This document shows positions 30,601 to 39,472 of a stretch of DNA of 64,000 nt, one piece after another (the stretch's first letter is position 1; every line of letters begins with the position of its first letter). Origin of the DNA: Patescibacteria group bacterium UBA6532 (GTDB taxonomy: Bacteria > Patescibacteriota > Minisyncoccia > Minisyncoccales > UBA6532); the NCBI GenBank assembly GCA_002434805.1, contig DJKW01000009.1, forward strand, positions 15,483-79,482. Direction: 5' to 3'. The notes beneath the pieces were generated by a model that was given only the letters and a program-made list of their open reading frames with translations, had not been told where the DNA came from and searched no databases. The position numbers and the translations under genes are program-made.

Positions 30601-31359
30601 ATGGAAAACTTAAAAGATATCGTTAAATTCTTAGACACCTATCTCAAAACAGATGAGATAGAAGATCGTTCCTGGAACGGCCTCCAGGTAGAAGGAAAAG
30701 CCAGGGTAAATAAAATTATCTTTGCTGAAAACGCTGGTAAAGACGCTTTTAAAAAAGCCCTGGAAAAAGGAGGAGATTTAATTGTCGTCCACCACGGTAT
30801 TTTATGGAAAAATACTAATCCTTCTTTTCGGAACTGGCACAAAGAAAGAATCAGCCTTTTAGCTAAAAAAGAGGTTTCTTTGTACGCCAGCCACCTTCCT
30901 CTCGACCGCCATCGCAAAGTGGGCAACAATGCCCAATTGTTAAAATTATTGGGAGCTGTAATAAAAAAAGAGTTCTTGTTATACGAGAATAAACATATAA
31001 GCTGGATAGGAGAATTTAAAAAACCGGTCAGACCGGAAGAAATTATTAAAAAGCTAAACTCAAAGCTGAATACTAAGTGCGTCTCTCTTTTGTTTGGAAA
31101 AAAGAAGATTAAAACAATTGCCCTTTGTTCAGGAAGCGGCGGCTCTGCATCCTTTAACGAGGCGTTAGAAAAAGAAGTGGATTTGTATTTAAGCGGAGAA
31201 AGTCCTGATGTTTACACTTTAGCCAAAGATGCAAGGTGCAACGCAATATTCGCCGGCCATTACGCTACCGAAACTTTGGGACTTAAAGCTTTAATGGAAG
31301 TAGTAAAGAATAAATTAAAAGTCAAAACTCTTTTTATAGATATTCCTACTGGGTTATAA
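30601..31359 (+). CDS. NIF3-family dinuclear metal centre protein (GTP cyclohydrolase 1 type 2 homologue)
   Basis: SWNGLQV, VVHHG, YASHLPLD, FAGHYATE. Confidence 0.85.
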   Translation: MENLKDIVKFLDTYLKTDEIEDRSWNGLQVEGKARVNKIIFAENAGKDAFKKALEKGGDLIVVHHGILWKNTNPSFRNWHKERISLLAKKEVSLYASHLPLDRHRKVGNNAQLLKLLGAVIKKEFLLYENKHISWIGEFKKPVRPEEIIKKLNSKLNTKCVSLLFGKKKIKTIALCSGSGGSASFNEALEKEVDLYLSGESPDVYTLAKDARCNAIFAGHYATETLGLKALMEVVKNKLKVKTLFIDIPTGL

Positions 31360-31375
31360 ATATATAAATTTACCA

Positions 31376-32044
31376 ATGAAAAACCAACAAATCTCTAAAA
31401 TATTATACGATATTCAGAAACTCCTTGAAATAAACAGCACCCCATTCAAGCCAAGTGCTTATAAAAAGGCAGCTAAAAGCATAGAAAATCTAAAAACAGA
31501 TATTGAAGAAATCTATAAGGAAAAAGGCCTTAAAGGATTGGAGGAGATCCCAGGAGTCGGTAAAAGTATTGCAGGAAAAATTAAGGAATACTTTAAGAAA
31601 GGCAAAATTAAATATTACGAAGAACTGAAAGAAAAAACAGCAATTCGGGCAATTATTACTCATTACTTTGAAACAAAGGATGTTTCTTTAAAAGAATTAA
31701 AATCAAACGCAAAGAAACGAAAAATTGTTTATTCAAGATTTACAAAACCCGCCTTGCAGCTTTTAGAACTAGCCGGCTCTCTGGAAAAAGCTAAAGAAGC
31801 AATTGATAAGGTAGCAAGCTGGGCTAAATCCAGAAATCTAGATTACGCCATTGAAACAGTTTTTAAAAAGTGGCTGGAACTGGACAGGTTAAAGCCAAAG
31901 GAAATAGTTAAAAAACCTTTTTACCATGGAGATCCTATGGTCTGGAGCCAAACTAAAAGAAAATGGTATGTTGTTACAGAAAGTAACGAATGGCTGGAAT
32001 TTGCCGGCAAAAAATCAGAAATAGAATGGAGAATTATTAAATAA
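31376..32044 (+). CDS. HhH protein resembling only the N-terminal 8-kDa/HhH module of family-X DNA polymerases, fused to an unknown domain
   Basis: NQQISKILYDIQKLLEI...FKPSAYKKAAKSIENL...EEIPGVGKSIAGKIKEY resembles the PolX N-terminus. No palm or PHP domains. Confidence 0.5.
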   Translation: MKNQQISKILYDIQKLLEINSTPFKPSAYKKAAKSIENLKTDIEEIYKEKGLKGLEEIPGVGKSIAGKIKEYFKKGKIKYYEELKEKTAIRAIITHYFETKDVSLKELKSNAKKRKIVYSRFTKPALQLLELAGSLEKAKEAIDKVASWAKSRNLDYAIETVFKKWLELDRLKPKEIVKKPFYHGDPMVWSQTKRKWYVVTESNEWLEFAGKKSEIEWRIIK

Positions 32045-32048
32045 GTTT

Positions 32049-32609
32049 ATGATTTCACACACTAATCTTAAAAAAGGAGTTAGGATTATCTTAGATAAAG
32101 AGCCTTACGAGGTTCTGGAATCCAACTTAATGAAAAAAGCTCAGAGAAGAGTGATAATCCAAACCAAAATCAAAAATCTTATTACCGGCAACGTATTATC
32201 CAGAAACTTCCACCAGGGAGATGTTTTTGAGGAGGCTGAAATCTCTAAATTTGCAGCTAAGTTTATCTATTGCCACCGCGATAAATTCATCTTCTCTAAA
32301 GATGGTGATCATTCAAAGCGCTTTCATTTCAATAAAGAACATATTTTATCTATTATTGGATTCCTAAAGCCCAACCAAAAGGTAGAGGCCCTGGAATTCG
32401 ATGGCATAATCATTAATATTTCTTTGCCGATAAAAATCCAGTTAAAAGTTATTGAAGCTCCCCCTGGAGTCAAAGGAGAAAGGTCTCAATCTGGAAACAA
32501 AGTAGTCAGCTTAGAAACAGGAACTAAAATAAATGTCCCCCTTTTCATCAAAGAGGGAGACATTATTGAAATAAATACAGAAAGGGCTGAATACGTCAGA
32601 AGAATTTGA
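32049..32609 (+). CDS. efp: Elongation factor P (atypical modification loop)
   Basis: Three-domain EF-P layout, C-terminal GTKINVPLFIKEGDIIEINT. The loop reads MKKAQRR instead of KPGKG. Confidence 0.85.
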   Translation: MISHTNLKKGVRIILDKEPYEVLESNLMKKAQRRVIIQTKIKNLITGNVLSRNFHQGDVFEEAEISKFAAKFIYCHRDKFIFSKDGDHSKRFHFNKEHILSIIGFLKPNQKVEALEFDGIIINISLPIKIQLKVIEAPPGVKGERSQSGNKVVSLETGTKINVPLFIKEGDIIEINTERAEYVRRI

Positions 32610-32680
32610 GCCGGAGGAGGGAATCGAACCCACGACTTGCTATTTACGAAATAGCTACTCTGCCTCTGAGTTACTCCGGC
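32609..32680 (-). tRNA. tRNA-Thr (anticodon CGU), no encoded CCA
   Basis: Manual cloverleaf: acceptor GCCGGAG/CTCCGGC, anticodon loop TTCGTAA, T-loop TTCGATT (one U-U in the T stem). The 3' end overlaps the efp stop codon. Confidence 0.85.
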
Positions 32681-32689
32681 ATAATATTA

Positions 32690-32760
32690 AGCGGGTAACG
32701 GGAATTGAACCCGTGCCTCAACCTTGGGAAGGTCGTGTTCTACCACTGAACCATACCCGC
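32690..32760 (-). tRNA. tRNA-Gly (anticodon CCC), no encoded CCA
   Basis: Acceptor GCGGGTA/TACCCGC, anticodon loop TTCCCAA, T-arm ACGGG-TTCAATT-CCCGT. Confidence 0.9.
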
Positions 32761-32763
32761 ACC

Positions 32764-33138
32764 CTACCAGTCAAATATATTCCACCAGGCTTTTTCTTTT
32801 TCCTCTACTGACTCCCCTTTCTCTTCTGGGAGTAAAATAGTTACCACTTCCTCTCCGGGTTTTTTTAAGTTAAAACGCTCTCTGGCTTCTTTCTCTAAAT
32901 AACTATTATCAAAGCTTTCTGAAGCCCTTGCCTCTAATACTTCTTTCTCTATTTTGAGATCTTGGATTTCACTTTTGAGAATCTCTATTCTGTCATTTAA
33001 TTCAGCCCGTTTCTGGCTTACTTTCCAATTAGAAACGATTACAAAGCCTATGACTACTAAAACCAATAAGACAAGAATGGTGGAAAAAAAGACTGTCTGA
33101 AAAGATTCCTTTTTAGATTGTTTAAATTTTGTTATCAT
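32764..33138 (-). CDS. Septum formation initiator family protein (FtsB/DivIC-like)
   Basis: N-terminal TM, coiled coil, YLEKEARERFNLKKPGEEVV signature. Confidence 0.6.
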   Translation of the reverse strand: MITKFKQSKKESFQTVFFSTILVLLVLVVIGFVIVSNWKVSQKRAELNDRIEILKSEIQDLKIEKEVLEARASESFDNSYLEKEARERFNLKKPGEEVVTILLPEEKGESVEEKEKAWWNIFDW

Positions 33139-33144
33139 TACAAT

Positions 33145-33243
33145 ATGTCACCATCAAAAAAGATTTTCAAAATAGTCTGGGTTTTTTTGATTTCCTTAGT
33201 GATTTTAAGCATGCTCGGGTTTCTTATAGCTCCCTTATTCTAA
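33145..33243 (+). CDS. Candidate 32-aa membrane peptide (MSPSKKIFKIVWVFLISLVILSMLGFLIAPLF)
   Basis: Short ORF below the track cutoff. Basic N-terminus plus one TM, DUF4044-like shape. It is the only plus-strand ORF between two minus-strand genes and has no promoter signal. Confidence 0.25.
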   Translation: MSPSKKIFKIVWVFLISLVILSMLGFLIAPLF

Positions 33244-33253
33244 CAGAAATCAA

Positions 33254-35029
33254 TCAACCTTTAAACATCTCTAAGAACGTCTTTGGGGGAATTTTTATTT
33301 TGCCTTTTACTTTTAATTCTTTTTTGCCTTTCTTCTGCTTTTCCAAGAGCTTTCTCTTCCGTGAGTAATCTCCTCCATACAAGGAAGCTGTAACGTCTTT
33401 GCCCTTTGCCCTTATTGTCTCTCTGGCAATAATCTTCCCTTGAACTACTGCTTGCAAAGCAACGGAAAAAAGCTGGGAAGGCATGGCTGTTTTCAGTTTT
33501 TTAACTATCTTGCTCCCCTCTTCATAAGCTTTGTCTTTGGGAACAATCTTAGAAAAAGCTTCTTCTTTCTGGCCGGCAATTAAAATTTCCAGCTTAACTA
33601 AATCTCCTTTTCTGTAATCTAAAATCTCGTAATTCATTGAAGCATACCCTTGAGTCGCTCCTTTAAGATTATCGTAAAAACCAACTATTAACTCCCTTAG
33701 AGGTATTTCATAAACCAAAATAAGTCTCTCCTCGCTTATGTATTTTCTCTCAATCTGGTGGCCTTCAACGCTTTCTAAAACCTTTAAACAATTACCTAAA
33801 AAGCTTGACGGGCTTATCACTTCTAATTTGGCCCAGGGCTCTTTAATCTCTAAAATCTGAGAAAAATCCATCCAGTCAGAAGAAGAATAAATAAGGTGTT
33901 CTTTCTTTTTTATATCTATAATCTTGTAAACTACCGAGGGTTGAGAAATAATGAGCTCTAATCCAAACTCCCTGCTTAAACGCTCAGAAATAATCTCAGC
34001 GTGCAAAGAACCCAAGAACCCGCAGCGAAAGCCTCTGCCCAGCATAACTTTCATTTCCGGCTCAAAAGTTAAAGCATAGTCATTAAGCTTTAACTTGGCT
34101 AAAGCTTCTTTTAGCGCGTCGTATTGATCCGGATCTTGAGGGTAAAAACTGGCAAAGACTACGGGTTGCGGTTCAGTATAACCTGGTAAAAGTTTAATTT
34201 CATTATCTACTGTTGGGATGGTAATAGTATCTCCTACTTTAATCTTTCCTGGTTCTTTAATCCCCGTAGCCAAGTAACCGATCTCTCCTGACTCCAAAGA
34301 AGCGCTTTCAGTTAATTTTGGAGTAAAATAACCTAATTCTTTTATTTGTCCGTTTGATTTACCGGCTATGAGATAAATTTTTTCGTTATTTTTAACCTGA
34401 CCCTCCATTACCCTGACATAAGCTATTATTCCCTTATAGGAATTATAGGCTGAATCAAATATCAAAGCCCTTAACGGTTTTTCTTTATTTATTTTGGGGG
34501 CGGGTATGTTCTTAATAACTAATTCTAGAATCTTATCAACGTTGGTTCCCAGCTTAGCTGAAATCTTTATAACCTTAGCTTTATCTATTCCTAATATATT
34601 AGCTAAGTCTCTTGCTGTTTGGTCTGGTTGGGCCTGGCTTAAGTCTATTTTATTTATAACCGGTATAATGACCAAGTTTTGCTTTTTGGCTAATTCCAAG
34701 TTAGCCAGTGTTTGAGCTTGAATACCTTTGGTAGCGTCAACTAAAAGAACAGCTCCTTCTACGGCAGCCAAAGATCTGGAAACCTCGTAAGAAAAATCAA
34801 CATGTCCTGGAGTGTCTATTAGATTGAGAATATATCCTTTATACTTCATCCTTACGGGCTGCATTTTAATGGTAATCCCCCTTTCTCTTTCCAAATCCAT
34901 TGCGTCTAAATACTGGGGCTTCATTTTCCCTTGAGGTATTGTTTTTGTTATTTCCAAAAGCCGGTCAGCTAAAGTTGACTTTCCATGGTCTACGTGTGAA
35001 ATAATGACAAAATTACGAATGTTCTGCAT
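33254..35029 (-). CDS. lepA: Elongation factor 4
   Basis: IRNFVIISHVDHGKSTLADRL, DTPGHVDF, NKID, LepA C-terminal domain. Confidence 0.97.
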   Translation of the reverse strand: MQNIRNFVIISHVDHGKSTLADRLLEITKTIPQGKMKPQYLDAMDLERERGITIKMQPVRMKYKGYILNLIDTPGHVDFSYEVSRSLAAVEGAVLLVDATKGIQAQTLANLELAKKQNLVIIPVINKIDLSQAQPDQTARDLANILGIDKAKVIKISAKLGTNVDKILELVIKNIPAPKINKEKPLRALIFDSAYNSYKGIIAYVRVMEGQVKNNEKIYLIAGKSNGQIKELGYFTPKLTESASLESGEIGYLATGIKEPGKIKVGDTITIPTVDNEIKLLPGYTEPQPVVFASFYPQDPDQYDALKEALAKLKLNDYALTFEPEMKVMLGRGFRCGFLGSLHAEIISERLSREFGLELIISQPSVVYKIIDIKKKEHLIYSSSDWMDFSQILEIKEPWAKLEVISPSSFLGNCLKVLESVEGHQIERKYISEERLILVYEIPLRELIVGFYDNLKGATQGYASMNYEILDYRKGDLVKLEILIAGQKEEAFSKIVPKDKAYEEGSKIVKKLKTAMPSQLFSVALQAVVQGKIIARETIRAKGKDVTASLYGGDYSRKRKLLEKQKKGKKELKVKGKIKIPPKTFLEMFKG

Positions 35030-35035
35030 TTTAAA

Positions 35036-36661
35036 TTATTTCTTAATAGAAGACAAAATTGTCTTAATTTCAGGAGATCCTAAGACCAGAGCAGATATGA
35101 AATAAACTGAAAGTCCAATAAAAGCTGCCAAAGAGCTCTGGAGAAGAACTCCTAAAAATGTCTGCATATCTACAAAATTAGCCGCTATTTTTAAAAGGAA
35201 GTAAACAATGACTGCCATTAAAAGACTGGCTGTAAAAATCTTAATTAACGATCGTTTAACTTCAATAAAGCTCATTTCAACAATTTTCTTTTTAAGGAAA
35301 ATTAAAAGTAAAAAGAATTGGAATATGGCTGAAAGAGAAAGAGCCAGAGGCAGTCCAATAACGGCAATCTCTTGAATGCTTTCCAGTTTTAATATGTTTA
35401 TAACAAAGCCACTGAAAACATTCTCAAACCTCAAAATCCAGACGAAGAATAAAGATAAGAAAACATTTAAGGAAATAGAAACCATTCCGATTATAACCGG
35501 GGTCTTCGTGTCTTTAAGAGAGAAAAAAGCCCTAGATAAAAAAGGAATAAGGCTGGCAGCAAAAATTCCCAAGGCAAACAATCCAAGGCTGGCTGCTGTA
35601 AGCCTTGTCTCCAACCAGCCGAATTGGCCGGTTCCCAAGATAAGTCTTACTATTTGAGCCCTGAGCAAGAAAATTAGAATACTGGCTGGAATTACCAAGA
35701 AAAGAATCTGCCTGAAAGCCAAGGAAAAATCGCTCAAAAACTTCTCTTTATTGCCTTCAGCCCAAGCCCGAGACAAGGTTGGAAAAGAAGCTAAAGCAAA
35801 AGAGATGCCAATAAGGCCGATTGGAAAGTATTGAAGATTGTAAGAGAAGTTAAAAATAGCAATGGAACCGGCAGCTAAAGTAGAAGCAATGGCTGTAATA
35901 ACAATTAAATTAATGTGATATGAAGCCTGGCCTATGGTTCTGGGAATCATCAGCCGGAAAATCTGGATAAGTCCTTCTTGTTTAAAGTTAAAAATAGGTC
36001 TCCAGCGAAACCCGGAAATCCAGACAGCTGGAATTTGGATTATTAGATGCAGTAAAGCTCCTAAAATTACCCCGTATGCTAGCCCTAGAAGGCCAAAAAC
36101 AGGGACAAAGAAGAGAATTCCGAGAATAATGCCTATGTTGTATAAAATAGGAGCTAAAGAGTAAATTAAGAATCTATTGAAGTAATGTAAAACACTGGAG
36201 AAAACGCTTGATAACCCCAATATAATGGGACTAAGGAACATAATCCGAGAAAGAACAACAGTTAAAGCTCTTTGTTCCTCTGTAAATCCCGGAGCAATAA
36301 GCTTTATTATCCAGGGAGTAAAGATAATTAAGATTCCGGAGACCAAAATCAATAAAGCGAAGAAAACATGTAAAACGTTGTTTGCCAGTTGCCAGCCTTC
36401 TGACTGTTCCTTTCTAAAGTATTCTGAAAACACTGGCAAAAAGACAGAACTAATGCCCCCGATAATTAAAATGCCGTAAACAAAATCAGGAATTCTAAAG
36501 GCAGCAAAATAAATATCTAATTCAGGACCTGCTCCAAAAGAACCGGCTAAAAGCCGATCGCGAATTAATCCTAAAATTCGGCTCCCTAGAGCCGAAAAAC
36601 CAAGTAAAATAGCAGCAAAAGTAATTGTTTTTGTCTGAGAATTAAAAATCCTATTAATCAT
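35036..36661 (-). CDS. murJ: Lipid II flippase MurJ (MviN family)
   Basis: 14-TM MOP-superfamily ORF. N-terminus SRILGLIRDRLLAGSFGAG...DIYFAAFRIPD. Confidence 0.85.
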   Translation of the reverse strand: MINRIFNSQTKTITFAAILLGFSALGSRILGLIRDRLLAGSFGAGPELDIYFAAFRIPDFVYGILIIGGISSVFLPVFSEYFRKEQSEGWQLANNVLHVFFALLILVSGILIIFTPWIIKLIAPGFTEEQRALTVVLSRIMFLSPIILGLSSVFSSVLHYFNRFLIYSLAPILYNIGIILGILFFVPVFGLLGLAYGVILGALLHLIIQIPAVWISGFRWRPIFNFKQEGLIQIFRLMIPRTIGQASYHINLIVITAIASTLAAGSIAIFNFSYNLQYFPIGLIGISFALASFPTLSRAWAEGNKEKFLSDFSLAFRQILFLVIPASILIFLLRAQIVRLILGTGQFGWLETRLTAASLGLFALGIFAASLIPFLSRAFFSLKDTKTPVIIGMVSISLNVFLSLFFVWILRFENVFSGFVINILKLESIQEIAVIGLPLALSLSAIFQFFLLLIFLKKKIVEMSFIEVKRSLIKIFTASLLMAVIVYFLLKIAANFVDMQTFLGVLLQSSLAAFIGLSVYFISALVLGSPEIKTILSSIKK

Positions 36662-36706
36662 TATAAATTCATTTTAACTTCCTATACCGAATAAATCAAA
36701 TCGGAA

Positions 36707-36735
36707 TTGAAAGAAAGAAGATTTTATTATAAAAT
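36707..36735 (+). promoter_or_regulatory. Sigma70-type promoter (TTGAAA-17-TAAAAT) 9 nt before the miaB ATG
   Basis: TTGAAA 36707-36712, TAAAAT 36730-36735, ATG 36745. Confidence 0.55.
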
Positions 36736-36744
36736 AGATAAGTT

Positions 36745-37998
36745 ATGCCAAAATACTTTTTAAAAACCTACGGATGCCAGATGAATAAATCAGATTCAGA
36801 AAGAATTGCAGGTATTTTAGAAGAAAATAACTATAAACCAGCCTCTGATATGAAAGAAGCTGATTTAATATTGATTAACTCTTGCTCTATCAGGCAATCA
36901 GCCATTGACCGTATTTGGGGCCAAACTAAAATAATTTCAAAACTTAAAATCCAAAATCCAAAAATCAAAGCTGTCTTAACTGGATGCGTTTTAAAAAAAG
37001 ACAAAAGGAAATTTAAAGAAAGATTTGACTTGATTATAGATATAAAAGAGTTATCAAAGCTTCCTGGCTTTTTAAAAAATAAAACATCTATTAACAAACA
37101 TTACTTAAAAATTAAGCCAAAATATGAAACTTCTTTCAGAGCCTATATCCCCATAACGACCGGATGTAATAACTTTTGCAGCTATTGTGTTGTTCCCTAT
37201 ACCAGAGGAAAAGAAGTATCCAGACAAGCAAAAGAAATCATCTGTGAGATAGAAAGCTTAATAAAGCGAAACTATAAGGAGATTTGGCTCTTAGGAGAAA
37301 ACGTAAACTCATTCCGTTCAGGAAAGATTGATTTTCCAAAGCTCTTGGAAATGATTAATAATATTCCAGGGAACTTTTGGATTAGATTTACCAGCCCCCA
37401 CCCAAAAGACTTTTCCAATAAGCTTATCAATACCATTGCTCAATCTAAAAAAGCAACAGAATACATTCATCTTCCTGTCCAGTCTGGGGATGATAAGATT
37501 TTAAAAAAGATGAAACGCCCTTATACCTTAAAAATGTACAAAGACCTGGTGAAAAGAATCAGGAAAAGTATTCCTAAAATGGCTCTTTCAACTGACATTA
37601 TTGTTGGCTTTCCAGGAGAAACTATAAAACAGTTTGAGAATACAATAAAGCTTTTTAAAGAAATAAAGTTTGATATGGCCTATATCTCCCAATATTCTGC
37701 AAGACTTGGTACTTTATCATCTAAAATGGAAGATAATGTTTCTCATAAAGAAAAAGAAAGAAGAGATCTAGTCTTAACTAAAGTATTAAGCAAGACTGCT
37801 TTAAAAAACAACAAAGAATATATTGGAAAGAAAATAGAAGTTCTGATAGAGCAAAAGAAAAAAACATTCTTAATGGGAAAAACAAGAAGCTATAAAAGCA
37901 TAAGGTTTAAAGGAAATAAAAACCTAATTGGTAAGTTTGTAAAGGTTAAAATATTGGGAGCTTTACCATGGGGACTAAAGGGAGAACTAATAAAATAA
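36745..37998 (+). CDS. miaB: tRNA (i6A37) methylthiotransferase, radical SAM MiaB family
   Basis: UPF0004 N-domain (TYGCQMN), CNNFCSYCVVP radical SAM cluster, TRAM C-terminus. Adjacent to miaA. Confidence 0.85.
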   Translation: MPKYFLKTYGCQMNKSDSERIAGILEENNYKPASDMKEADLILINSCSIRQSAIDRIWGQTKIISKLKIQNPKIKAVLTGCVLKKDKRKFKERFDLIIDIKELSKLPGFLKNKTSINKHYLKIKPKYETSFRAYIPITTGCNNFCSYCVVPYTRGKEVSRQAKEIICEIESLIKRNYKEIWLLGENVNSFRSGKIDFPKLLEMINNIPGNFWIRFTSPHPKDFSNKLINTIAQSKKATEYIHLPVQSGDDKILKKMKRPYTLKMYKDLVKRIRKSIPKMALSTDIIVGFPGETIKQFENTIKLFKEIKFDMAYISQYSARLGTLSSKMEDNVSHKEKERRDLVLTKVLSKTALKNNKEYIGKKIEVLIEQKKKTFLMGKTRSYKSIRFKGNKNLIGKFVKVKILGALPWGLKGELIK

Positions 37999-37999
37999 T

Positions 38000-38890
38000 A
38001 TGGCAAACAATCCTAAACTTATTGTTATATTAGGCCAAACAGCTTCTGGGAAGAGTGATTTGGCAGTGAAACTAGCCAAAAAATTCAAAGGAGAGGTTGT
38101 TTCAGCTGACTCAAGACAAGTTTATAAAGGGATGGATATTGGAACAGGGAAAATAACCAAAAAAGAAATGATGGGCATCCCCCATCATCTTTTAAGCGTT
38201 GCTTCCCCTAAAAGAAGATTTACAGTAGCTCAATACAGAAAACTAGCTTTAAAATCTATTAAAAAGGTTATAAAAAATAAGAAGATTCCTTTTTTGGTCG
38301 GTGGAACAGGATTCTATATCCAATCAATAGTAGATGGAATTATAATACCTGAAGTTAAACCAGATTGGTCTCTTCGAGCTAAACTAGAAAAGAAAAAGAC
38401 AAAAGACCTTTTCAACTTACTCAAAAAACTCGATTTAAAGAGAGTTAAAAGTATTGATAAGAATAATCGTAGAAGATTAATCAGAGCTCTTGAGATTGTA
38501 ATGAAAACCAAAAAACCCATACCTCCTCTTAAAAAACTGCCGCCTCAATTTAATCTTTTAATAATCGGGGTTAAAAAATCACCATCTGAGCTTAAAAAAT
38601 TAATAAAGCAACGCCTTATTAAGAGATTAAAGCAAGGAATGGTAGCTGAAGTTAAAAAGTTAAAGAAAGCCGGACTCTCTTGGCAACGCCTTGAAGAGTT
38701 TGGTCTAGAATACCGGTATATTGCCAAATACCTTCAAGAGAAAATAACCTACAAAGAAATGATCGAAAAAATACAAAAAAAAGACGAGCATTACGCCCGC
38801 CGTCAAATAACTTGGTTCAAACGCGATAAACGAATCCACTGGATAACCAACCACAACCAAGCTCAAAAATTATTAAAACACTTCCTATAG
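38000..38890 (+). CDS. miaA: tRNA dimethylallyltransferase
   Basis: ILGQTASGKS P-loop, ADSRQVYKGMDIGTGK, GGTGFY. Ends in TAG. Confidence 0.9.
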   Translation: MANNPKLIVILGQTASGKSDLAVKLAKKFKGEVVSADSRQVYKGMDIGTGKITKKEMMGIPHHLLSVASPKRRFTVAQYRKLALKSIKKVIKNKKIPFLVGGTGFYIQSIVDGIIIPEVKPDWSLRAKLEKKKTKDLFNLLKKLDLKRVKSIDKNNRRRLIRALEIVMKTKKPIPPLKKLPPQFNLLIIGVKKSPSELKKLIKQRLIKRLKQGMVAEVKKLKKAGLSWQRLEEFGLEYRYIAKYLQEKITYKEMIEKIQKKDEHYARRQITWFKRDKRIHWITNHNQAQKLLKHFL

Positions 38891-39141
38891 TCTATCAATA
38901 TAGATTGTAGGGTTAAAAAACTGCCCAGCGATGGGTTTTTTGGTTTAGGAAAATAGCACCAATGCTATTGCCACCAAAATACTTTTAATTTATATGCTAT
39001 TGCTAATACAGCAACCAAAATAACGGTTACTATACAAGCTATCAATGCTAATCTGTTTTCAATTTCATTATTGTCCATAATTATATTTAAATGATTTTAA
39101 TAATATTTTCCTAATTTTTTCTTTCATAGATTTATTCTATC

Positions 39142-39161
39142 AAAAAACCGCCTTAATGGCG
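39142..39161 (-). terminator. Short GC hairpin plus U-run (minus strand); same motif as at 49381-49407
   Basis: Minus strand reads tcgcc-attaa-ggcgg-ttttttga. Core atcaaaaaaccgcctt..tggcga is shared with the terminator after tRNA-Glu. Confidence 0.4.
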
Positions 39162-39221
39162 ACAAGTAGTTGCGGAACCTAGATGACTTTAGAACTATAT
39201 TTTAATGTAAAACTAAATACA

Positions 39222-39318
39222 CTTACCTACTAAAACTTTTCCGCTTTGCTAATCACTTTTATCAATCATTTATTTTACTACAAAAATTACTAAAATAGTG
39301 ATTTTTTAGATAGGTAAG
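39222..39318. repeat. Long imperfect palindrome / structured-RNA candidate in the miaA-PheRS intergenic region
   Basis: cttacctactaaaa (39222-39235) pairs with ttttagataggtaag (39304-39318). aatcactttta (39251-39261) pairs with taaaatagtgatt (39291-39303). Confidence 0.4.
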
Positions 39319-39472
39319 AAATTAATTTGCTAAATAAAATAAAGCAAATAAATAAATCAACAAAGCAACCCTTATTTTTTTATAGAAGATTTTTTGGTTG
39401 ATACCACTTTTTTCCACCTAGCCAACGTGGTGGGAATAAAAAAAGTGGACCGTCATCATGCTTTAAAAACAT

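Noticed and set aside
30555-30638. N-terminal extension of the thpR ORF, and the 30639-30929 antisense ORF.
   Set aside because: The extension runs through the NIF3 promoter and start. The conserved 2H-phosphoesterase N-terminus begins at MKHRVFIAINLP. The antisense ORF lies inside NIF3.
33129-33368. 79-aa plus-strand ORF from the track.
   Set aside because: It overlaps the lepA 3' end antisense and has no features. Only the different-frame 32-aa hydrophobic mini-ORF (33145-33243) was kept, at low confidence.
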